Part shown: piece after piece, positions 29,741 through 36,756 of the stretch
Numbering within the stretch: the stretch's first letter is position 1
Layout: every line of letters starts with the position of its first letter
Assembly (NCBI GenBank): GCA_963535465.1
Contig: CAUSWF010000007.1
Coordinates: forward strand, 1,692-65,691
Direction of reading: 5' to 3'
Source: an uncultured Erysipelotrichaceae bacterium
GTDB lineage: Bacteria; Bacillota_I; Bacilli_A; RF39; UBA660
Length of the DNA: 64,000 bases
Notes under the pieces: generated by a model
What the model was told of the DNA's origin: nothing
Seen by the model: only the letters and a program-made list of their open reading frames with translations
Database searches by the model: none
Made by a program: the position numbers and the translations under genes

Positions 29741-30493
29741 TTAGAGATTAATATGTTCTATCTGTTTTAAAAAGTCTTTACTCTTCATATATATACCAGT
29801 ATACCTATCATAATAATCACTTAAAAATCTATTAATTTCATAACTAACATTTTCGCTAACATTTAATTTGCTAATATTATTAATATCTACATAATAATAT
29901 AACCTTATCATCTTAATCGCATCATGTGATACAATCTCCTGATCGCTGTAACAATTACTACATACATATCCACCACTACTGCTAGATAAACTAACTATAG
30001 AATTAACTCCTCCACAATAACTGCAAGAATCAATAGAAGGTCTAACTCCCAAATAATTAAGTAATTTAACTTCTATCATATTGGTAATAACTAAAGGATT
30101 AAAATTATCATTAATCTTATTAAGACCAGCAATTATTATAGGAAACATACTACTATCATTATTCTCTTTACTAACTTGATTAACTAAATCAATTATATAA
30201 GAAGCATAACTAATAGAAGTAAGATTACTAACTATATTATTATAACTATTAATAACATCACAACTAATAAGTGTAGATAATCCATCACTCTTATAATAAA
30301 CATTAAATCTACCATAAACTAACTTTCTACTAACACCCCTAAGCTTACTCTTAATATTACGACAACCCTTACTTATAACCCCAATAACACCATATTTATC
30401 AGTTAAAACATTAAGTATCTTGCTAGACTCACTATAATTAACCTCACTAATTATTAAACCATCAAACTCTTCTATTTTCCTATTCATCGTCAA
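29741..30493 (-). CDS. recO: DNA repair protein RecO
   Basis: OB-fold N-terminus, Cys4 finger CSYCGG...CSNC, and era-recO synteny. Confidence 0.85.
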   Translation of the reverse strand: MTMNRKIEEFDGLIISEVNYSESSKILNVLTDKYGVIGVISKGCRNIKSKLRGVSRKLVYGRFNVYYKSDGLSTLISCDVINSYNNIVSNLTSISYASYIIDLVNQVSKENNDSSMFPIIIAGLNKINDNFNPLVITNMIEVKLLNYLGVRPSIDSCSYCGGVNSIVSLSSSSGGYVCSNCYSDQEIVSHDAIKMIRLYYYVDINNISKLNVSENVSYEINRFLSDYYDRYTGIYMKSKDFLKQIEHINL

Positions 30494-31361
30494 GTCCTAA
30501 TTCCTTAAGTAATCTATCTTGATTTCTCCAATCTTTCATAGTCTTAACATATGTTTCTAAAAATACTTTCTTACCTAAAAACTTCTCCATATCATATCTT
30601 GCTCTAGAACCAACCTCTTTAAGCATAGAACCATTTTTGCCAATAATAATCTTCTTAATATTTTCTCTATCAACTACTATTAGTACTTGTATATGAACTA
30701 TATCTTCTTCCTCATTATAATTTTCAACTAAACAAGTAACTTCATGTGGAATCTCATCTCTAGTAAGTTCTAATATCTTTTCACGAACAAACTCTCCCAT
30801 AATAAATCTAGTAGAGACATTAGTTAACTCTTCATCATCATATAACTTATCACTATCGATTAAATATTTCTTAATAGTCTTAATTAAATCTCCTAAATTA
30901 TTACGCTTAGCACTAATAGGTATAACTTCATCAAACTTATATATATCATTTATCTTAGTAATTTCTTCAAGTAATACACTCTTATCTTTAATTAAATCAA
31001 TCTTATTTAAAATAAGTAATATAGGAACACCCTTATCTTTAATACGATTAAGTATAAATAAATCACCCTTACCAAATCCCTTAGTAGAATCAATTAAAAA
31101 CATTATCGCATTAATACCATCAACCGAATTATAACTCTTCTTATTCATTATATTACCAAGTTTATGTACAGGCTTATGAATACCAGGAGTATCTACAAAT
31201 ACTATCTGTGAATCACTATCATTATATATCCCCTCTATTATATTTCTAGTAGTACCACTAACATTAGAAGTAATAGCTAACTTCATCCCAATTAAACTAT
31301 TAAGTAAAGTAGACTTTCCAACATTAGGCCTACCAACTATACTAACAAATCCACACTTCAT
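30480..31361 (-). CDS. era: GTPase Era
   Basis: GRPNVGKSTLLN, DTPG and NKID motifs, plus a C-terminal KH domain. Confidence 0.95.
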   Translation of the reverse strand: MKCGFVSIVGRPNVGKSTLLNSLIGMKLAITSNVSGTTRNIIEGIYNDSDSQIVFVDTPGIHKPVHKLGNIMNKKSYNSVDGINAIMFLIDSTKGFGKGDLFILNRIKDKGVPILLILNKIDLIKDKSVLLEEITKINDIYKFDEVIPISAKRNNLGDLIKTIKKYLIDSDKLYDDEELTNVSTRFIMGEFVREKILELTRDEIPHEVTCLVENYNEEEDIVHIQVLIVVDRENIKKIIIGKNGSMLKEVGSRARYDMEKFLGKKVFLETYVKTMKDWRNQDRLLKELGLDDE

Positions 31362-31369
31362 ATAACCTC

Positions 31370-31753
31370 CTAAAATAATGCTAAAATCCTAGGTATAAAT
31401 ATAATACCACCAACTACAGCAGAAATTATTGCCATAACAAGTACAGCCCCAGCCGCACAATCTTTGCTATTACCTGCTAAAGTATTATACTCAGGACTAA
31501 CTAAATCAACTAAATATTCCAAACTAGTATTAAATAACTCAGCCATAAAAACTAAACCAATCATAATAAATAAACATATAAAATCCAGTTTACTAATATG
31601 TAGTATAAAACCAAGTATAATAACTAAAACACTACAGAAAAAATCAACTAATAAATTTTGTTCGCCTCTAAATCCTATAACTATACCATTAAAAGCATAT
31701 TTAAAACTCTTAAATAATTTTTTAATAGAAAAACTCTTATCTTTTAATTTCAT
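31370..31753 (-). CDS. dgkA: diacylglycerol/undecaprenol kinase DgkA family
   Basis: Three-TM small kinase with ELFNTSLEYLVD motif. Confidence 0.85.
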   Translation of the reverse strand: MKLKDKSFSIKKLFKSFKYAFNGIVIGFRGEQNLLVDFFCSVLVIILGFILHISKLDFICLFIMIGLVFMAELFNTSLEYLVDLVSPEYNTLAGNSKDCAAGAVLVMAIISAVVGGIIFIPRILALF

Positions 31754-32186
31754 ATAAATCTAATACCTCATCCTGTTTCTTAAACATAACTTCCTCATCT
31801 TCCTTAGTCATATGATCATAACCAAGTAAATGATAAAACCCATGTACTCCTAAAAAACATATTTCTCTAAGTAAACTATGTCCATATTCTAAAGCCTGAC
31901 TACGAGCCTTATCAATAGATATATATATATCACCAAGTACTCTAATATCACCAGGTAAAAATAAAGAATCATCATCCTCTAATGCAAAAGTAATAACATC
32001 AGTCTCTCTATCTATATTTCTATAATTCTTATTAAGTGTATGAATATAAGAATTATCTACAATAATAACATTAAAGTATGTATCAACTAACCCTTCCTTA
32101 TCCATTGCTCCATAAAGTACTTTTTCAAGCATCTCTAACTCTTCTATATCTTCATTAACTAAACTACTAAACTCTATCTTATTCAC
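31737..32186 (-). CDS. ybeY: rRNA maturation endoribonuclease YbeY
   Basis: HGFYHLLGYDH zinc motif. Confidence 0.95.
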   Translation of the reverse strand: MNKIEFSSLVNEDIEELEMLEKVLYGAMDKEGLVDTYFNVIIVDNSYIHTLNKNYRNIDRETDVITFALEDDDSLFLPGDIRVLGDIYISIDKARSQALEYGHSLLREICFLGVHGFYHLLGYDHMTKEDEEVMFKKQDEVLDLYEIKR

Positions 32187-32789
32187 TTAAATCACCACCA
32201 CAACATATATAAACAAAACTAAAAATAACAACATAAATATATTACAAATTATCTCCCTATATTTAATAGGTATTATATTATATATCTTCTTAACAAAAAT
32301 ATATATAATATATCCTAAAACACCACCAATTATATTTAAAATAATATCATCAACATCAAATACTCTACCAATAGAAAGTTGCACTACTTCTATAGTAAAA
32401 GATGTAACTATAGTAATAATCAAAGGAACATTCAAATTATTACTCTTAGTATAATAACTAATAAAGAATCCAAAAGGTAAAAACATACAAACATTACCAA
32501 TTACATTCTTTATAAATAATCTACTACCAAAAGCATATCTAAACATTTCTTTAAAAGGAGTAAAATTATTACCACTCCAAGAAACATAATCTTGAAAAGT
32601 AACTATCTGGAACAAAGATAAAACATATATTATAAAAAATAATGTAATAATATCTTTAAACAAATAAATCTTTTGATGATTTTTAATAATATAAGCTATT
32701 CTAATCGATATAATTACTACAATAGATATAGTAATCATAGGCCATATAATATTTCTAGCATTTCTAAATACATTAATAAAATTATTCAT
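32187..32789 (-). CDS. VanZ-family membrane protein
   Basis: Five-TM profile and E..Q....R..D..D...N..G C-terminal pattern (EVVQLSIGRVFDVDDIILNIIGG). Confidence 0.65.
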   Translation of the reverse strand: MNNFINVFRNARNIIWPMITISIVVIISIRIAYIIKNHQKIYLFKDIITLFFIIYVLSLFQIVTFQDYVSWSGNNFTPFKEMFRYAFGSRLFIKNVIGNVCMFLPFGFFISYYTKSNNLNVPLIITIVTSFTIEVVQLSIGRVFDVDDIILNIIGGVLGYIIYIFVKKIYNIIPIKYREIICNIFMLLFLVLFIYVVVVI

Positions 32790-32837
32790 AAATACCTCGC
32801 TACTTATATTTTACTATTTATTAAAAAAAAAGAAAAG

Positions 32838-33416
32838 TTAACTTTTCTTTTTACCAATCTTTATAATCTTTAAATCTTCTTTTGGAAGTAAAGAAGTATT
32901 ATCCATATCAGTACTTGTTGTATGTCCTATAACAATATCATCTTCTATACTACCATCATAAGTATAATAAATACCATCTTTTTCTACCTCTTCAATAAAA
33001 AAATCTTTTCCAAATATTTTTTTACTATTATTTTTATCACTAAAAGTATCATGAAAATATCTTTCATATGAATAATTATCTCTAATATTATAAATATTAC
33101 TATTCATTATCTCAATAACTTTTTCTTTTACTTCGCAACTTATATATTCATCATTATTTTTAGTATATTGTGAAGAAATAACATATTCATTTGATTCTTT
33201 TTCTCTATATAATTTTGCTTCAAAAGTATAAAAACTAGTTTCCCTACTGCTCTTAGCAAATACTGTTTCTTTATAAGTTCTAAAAGATTCTTTTTCATTA
33301 TGAGTAATACTTATATTAGATAAACGATGTGTCATAGCATTAATTACATTGTTAAATTCCTTATAAAGACTAGAAGATTGTATCAAAATTATAGTATCAA
33401 AATCTATTATCTTCAT
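32838..33416 (-). CDS. hypothetical protein, no recognisable domain
   Basis: ORF separated by 1 nt from the stop of the upstream gene (TAGTATG). Confidence 0.45.
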   Translation of the reverse strand: MKIIDFDTIILIQSSSLYKEFNNVINAMTHRLSNISITHNEKESFRTYKETVFAKSSRETSFYTFEAKLYREKESNEYVISSQYTKNNDEYISCEVKEKVIEIMNSNIYNIRDNYSYERYFHDTFSDKNNSKKIFGKDFFIEEVEKDGIYYTYDGSIEDDIVIGHTTSTDMDNTSLLPKEDLKIIKIGKKKS

Positions 33417-33417
33417 A

Positions 33418-34122
33418 CTATTCCACCATATATTTATTTTTTATTTTAGCTCGTTCAATAACTTCTTCTCCAATATCTTTCATAGAATCATTGTTCAATG
33501 GAGATTGTACTGTATCCTTATTAAATCTCTTAACAAGCATAGTTCCATCATTATTATTAATAGAAGTTAAAGTGTTTTTATTAACTATTATTGTAGAATC
33601 AAAAGTTGATGATGGTTTTCCTACATTATATAACACTTCAGTAAACTTATCGCCATCTTGTGTATAAGATGGATAAACTTTAAATATACGATTCAAACTA
33701 ATAAATTTCTTATATTCATCTGTTAATCTAGTAATAAATGATTGTTTGTTACCAATTTCGTTTAATGTTTCTAAGCTAATATCTATTATTTCTTCAGTAT
33801 CATTAAGTGTTTCTTTTACAGCAATTGCTTTAACAACATATGTATCATAATCATAAAATATTGATGTTTCATGAACTAAAACAGTATCATTAGTTTCAAC
33901 ACTCTCTAAATGTTTATATATAGTTTTACCAGTTCTTGCTTCTTTTTCTTTTTTTAAATCTTTACTTATATAAGTATAAGATTTATTCTCTATTAATTTT
34001 TTAGCTTCTTCATTAAATTTATCATAACTCTTAGTACTTCTAGCAATATTAGATAACCCTATTTCATTTAACGTTGAATCTTCCAAATTATTTATCGTTT
34101 TAATACCTTTTTTAAATTCCAT
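33418..34122 (-). CDS. hypothetical protein, no recognisable domain
   Basis: RBS GGAGGA. Preceded by a perfect consensus sigma-A promoter. Confidence 0.5.
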   Translation of the reverse strand: MEFKKGIKTINNLEDSTLNEIGLSNIARSTKSYDKFNEEAKKLIENKSYTYISKDLKKEKEARTGKTIYKHLESVETNDTVLVHETSIFYDYDTYVVKAIAVKETLNDTEEIIDISLETLNEIGNKQSFITRLTDEYKKFISLNRIFKVYPSYTQDGDKFTEVLYNVGKPSSTFDSTIIVNKNTLTSINNNDGTMLVKRFNKDTVQSPLNNDSMKDIGEEVIERAKIKNKYMVE

Positions 34123-34144
34123 AATTCCTCCATAAGCGATACAT

Positions 34145-34173
34145 ATTATAACAAAATATTAGAGTTTTGTCAA
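34145..34173 (-). promoter_or_regulatory. perfect consensus promoter for the two-gene hypothetical cassette
   Basis: TTGACA, 17 nt, then TATAAT. Confidence 0.7.
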
Positions 34174-34193
34174 AAAAGATGCCAAAGCATCTT
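34171..34193 (-). terminator. terminator after yqeY
   Basis: AAGATGC-TTTG-GCATCTT followed by U6. It overlaps the following -35. Confidence 0.7.
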
Positions 34194-34635
34194 ATAAATT
34201 AATTAGTTTTTCTTTTATTATAGAAGAAACTTCGCTCATATCAGCTTTACCCTTTAATTTAGCAGTAGCTGCTCCCATAACTTTACCCATATCTCTCATG
34301 CCCGTAGGTTTAACTTCATCAAATATTAAGTCTATTTCTTTAACTATTTCCTCATGATTTAATTGTTCAGGTAAATATTTAACTAGTATTTCAATTTCTT
34401 TATTTGTTATATCAGCTAAATCATTTCTATTAGCCTTAGTAAATTCTAAAACACTTTCTTTTCTCATTTTAATTTGACGAGAAACTACATCTATCAATAA
34501 AGTATCATCTTCATTTCTCTTATTATCAATTACTTCTTGTAAAATATTAGCCTTTACCATTCTAAGTACATCAAGCTTTAACTTATCTTTAGCTTTCATA
34601 GCTTCTATAATATCTTTTTTAAATGTTTCTATCAT
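34192..34635 (-). CDS. yqeY: GatB/YqeY domain protein
   Basis: YqeY-type sequence downstream of rpsU. Start trimmed to MIETFKKD, preceded by AGGGAGTGA. Confidence 0.85.
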   Translation of the reverse strand: MIETFKKDIIEAMKAKDKLKLDVLRMVKANILQEVIDNKRNEDDTLLIDVVSRQIKMRKESVLEFTKANRNDLADITNKEIEILVKYLPEQLNHEEIVKEIDLIFDEVKPTGMRDMGKVMGAATAKLKGKADMSEVSSIIKEKLINL

Positions 34636-34681
34636 ATTATCACTCCCTAAAAATATTTTATCACAAAAAATAGAGATTATC

Positions 34682-34885
34682 TTAATAATCTCTATTATTA
34701 GCACGATTTCTCTTTTGAGAATTCTTAATTCCTTCTTTTTTAGCTGCTCTTCTTCTTACTCCTGGTTTGTCGTAAGCTTCTCTTTTCTTGAATTCTGAAG
34801 GGACACCATCTCTAGCTACTTTTTGCTTAAATTTTCTTAAAGCTTGGTCTAAATTTCCGCCTCTAACTGTTACACGAGTTGCCAT
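34682..34885 (-). CDS. rpsU: 30S ribosomal protein S21
   Basis: LDQALRKFKQKVARDGV...KREAYDKPG. Confidence 0.95.
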   Translation of the reverse strand: MATRVTVRGGNLDQALRKFKQKVARDGVPSEFKKREAYDKPGVRRRAAKKEGIKNSQKRNRANNRDY

Positions 34886-34920
34886 TATTAATCCCCTCCT
34901 TCCGCGTTTAACTAAAATGA

Positions 34921-34949
34921 ATTATAGCAAAACTTCTATGTATTTTCAA
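34921..34949 (-). promoter_or_regulatory. promoter of rpsU-yqeY
   Basis: TTGAAA, 17 nt, then TATAAT. Confidence 0.65.
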
Positions 34950-34961
34950 GTATCTTTATAA

Positions 34962-34986
34962 GAAAAAAAGATAATTACTTATCTTT
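34962..34986 (-). terminator. terminator after SPFH gene
   Basis: AAAGATAA-GTAA-TTATCTTT with a U-run. It contains the stop codon. Confidence 0.6.
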
Positions 34987-35751
34987 TTTTATCTTTTGTA
35001 CAATATTACTAATATTCTCTTTACCAAAAGCACTTAAAACTTCTATTGGTATAGCAAATATTATTGTATTAGATTGATCAGATGATAAATCATTTATTGT
35101 AGCAAGTGTTCTTAAATGTAGTGCTCCAGGAGCCTCTGCCATAACCTTAGCAGCAAGTGCTAAGTTATTAGCAGCTTCAGATTCACCTCTACTCTTAGTA
35201 ATAACAGCTTCTTTTTCACGTTCAGCTTCAGCTACCTTAGCAATAACTCTTTGCATCTCTTCAGGTAACTTAATATCTTTTAATTCAACATTTTCTACTT
35301 TAATTCCCCAAGGATCAGTCGCAACATCTATAATCTTAGTAATTTCATCACTAATCTTATCACGTTCACTTAACAACTCATCAAGTGATACAGAACCAAC
35401 AGCATTTCTCATTGTAGTTTGAGCAAGTTGACTAACTGCATATTGGAATCTTTCAACTTCAATAATACACTTAGCAGCATCAAATACTTTAAAATAAAGT
35501 ACAGCATTAATTCTAACACTTACATTATCCTTAGTAATTGCATCTTGTTCAGGTACATCTACTGCCTTAGTTCTAACGTCTACTTTTTTAAATGAATCTA
35601 TAACTGGAAATACTAAATTCCAACCTGGAAGTAATATTTTATTAAATTTACCAAATCTAAATAAAACTCCCCTTTCATATTCATTTATTTGTCTTATTGA
35701 TATTACTACTAATGCTATAAGAACAATCAAAATAAAACCAAAAATTTCCAT
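34975..35751 (-). CDS. SPFH/band-7 (stomatin-like) membrane protein
   Basis: N-terminal TM and SPFH core (INEYERGVLFRFGKF...). The gap from the small ORFs upstream is 23 nt with no terminator. Confidence 0.85.
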   Translation of the reverse strand: MEIFGFILIVLIALVVISIRQINEYERGVLFRFGKFNKILLPGWNLVFPVIDSFKKVDVRTKAVDVPEQDAITKDNVSVRINAVLYFKVFDAAKCIIEVERFQYAVSQLAQTTMRNAVGSVSLDELLSERDKISDEITKIIDVATDPWGIKVENVELKDIKLPEEMQRVIAKVAEAEREKEAVITKSRGESEAANNLALAAKVMAEAPGALHLRTLATINDLSSDQSNTIIFAIPIEVLSAFGKENISNIVQKIKKDK

Positions 35752-35774
35752 ATCTTCCTCCTGGATATATTATA

Positions 35775-35924
35775 CTACAAAATACCAAAAATTGCTAGAT
35801 ATAAATGACTACCAATATCTACTCCCATCCTATATAATATACCAACATAATAACTAAGTACTATAACCAAAGCTATAGATAAAATTACCTTAAATATATT
35901 AATACCTATCATTTTAATGGACAT
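35775..35924 (-). CDS. small hydrophobic protein (49 aa), candidate bacteriocin immunity protein; not in ORF track
   Basis: My translation is MSIKMIGINIFKVILSIALVIVLSYYVGILYRMGVDIGSHLYLAIFGIL. RBS GAGGAGGA lies 6 nt before the ATG. It overlaps the end of peptide gene B by 16 nt. Confidence 0.6.
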   Translation of the reverse strand: MSIKMIGINIFKVILSIALVIVLSYYVGILYRMGVDIGSHLYLAIFGIL

Positions 35925-36076
35925 AACTTATCCTCCTCAACTCTTCTCAAAGAAGAACCCAAACTAACTCCAACATCTCTTAATATTCTAAATATAGAAG
36001 CAATACCACTAAATATAGAACCACTAATATATCCACCTCTTATATCTCTTAAACTATCAAAACTAACATCGATCAT
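35909..36076 (-). CDS. double-glycine-leader bacteriocin-like prepeptide B (55 aa); not in ORF track
   Basis: My translation is MIDVSFDSLRDIRGG/YISGSIFSGIASIFRILRDVGVSLGSSLRRVEEDKLCPLK. RBS GGAGG. Its ATG overlaps the TGA of peptide A (ATGA). Confidence 0.7.
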   Translation of the reverse strand: MIDVSFDSLRDIRGGYISGSIFSGIASIFRILRDVGVSLGSSLRRVEEDKLCPLK

Positions 36077-36225
36077 CTACAACCTCCTGGATTAGTATAA
36101 CCATCAATTATACCTGCAATAAAAACTATTGCTGAAAACACTGCAAAAACTATCATACCTACTGCAGTAATAGATATAGAACCACCCTTAATACCAGATA
36201 ATTCTAAAACACCAATTTCTTTCAT
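36073..36225 (-). CDS. double-glycine-leader bacteriocin-like prepeptide A (50 aa); not in ORF track
   Basis: My translation is MKEIGVLELSGIKGG/SISITAVGMIVFAVFSAIVFIAGIIDGYTNPGGCR. RBS GAGGAGG lies 4 nt before the ATG. The leader has Glu at -8 and hydrophobic residues at -4, -7 and -12. Confidence 0.75.
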   Translation of the reverse strand: MKEIGVLELSGIKGGSISITAVGMIVFAVFSAIVFIAGIIDGYTNPGGCR

Positions 36226-36243
36226 ATTTCCTCCTCAGTTTAG

Positions 36244-36272
36244 ATAATATATTTTTTTGAATAACTATTCAA
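36244..36272 (-). promoter_or_regulatory. promoter of bacteriocin peptide genes, with palindrome TTGAATA-AC-TATTCAA over the -35
   Basis: TTGAAT, 17 nt, then TATTAT. It lies 11 nt upstream of the RBS GAGGAGG. The inverted repeat spans 36257-36272. Confidence 0.55.
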
Positions 36273-36378
36273 ACGACTAATTTTAATATTTTAAATACAA
36301 AAGTTAACAAAATATTATAATTGACTATATAATTTAAATAATTACTATAATAAAACTATCTAAATTATCAAATATATA

Positions 36379-36756
36379 CTATTTAAAAATAATTTTAAAA
36401 ATATTAAATATCTTAATCTTATTACTATAAATATATATAACACCACTCTCTCTATCTCTTAATAAATTATGACTCTTAATCAAAATACTACTATATTTAT
36501 TAAATATATCATTATTAATATCAATTATCTTATAGTTATATATAAAACCCTTATAATAAAAAGAACTATTATTCTTAATTAAATTATTATCACTCTTATC
36601 AACTATAACTTCATATACCCCATCACTAACACATACTATATTAAAACTCTTATAAATATTTATATAAATACTATTAAAATATATAAATATAAATATAATT
36701 ACTATAAATAATAAAATAACTAAAGTATAAACTTTCCTAAACATACTATATCTCAT
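36379..36756 (-). CDS. small N-terminally anchored protein, possible exporter accessory factor
   Basis: One TM helix plus a roughly 90-aa domain. The start MRYSMF overlaps the ABC stop and has GGGGGT upstream. Confidence 0.5.
   Translation of the reverse strand: MRYSMFRKVYTLVILLFIVIIFIFIYFNSIYINIYKSFNIVCVSDGVYEVIVDKSDNNLIKNNSSFYYKGFIYNYKIIDINNDIFNKYSSILIKSHNLLRDRESGVIYIYSNKIKIFNIFKIIFK

Noticed and set aside
34975-35751. Calling the SPFH protein FloA/YqfA or inferring an NfeD partner.
   Set aside because: At 258 aa, its size and sequence fit a generic stomatin-like protein. No NfeD-like gene is adjacent, so a specific orthologue name is not justified.
35752-36378. Treating the 627-bp gap as non-coding (an sRNA, riboswitch or decayed sequence).
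   Set aside because: Three consecutive minus-strand ORFs with strong, correctly spaced RBSs and overlapping stop/start signals fill the lower 450 bp (35775-36225). The remaining ~150 bp upstream holds a promoter.
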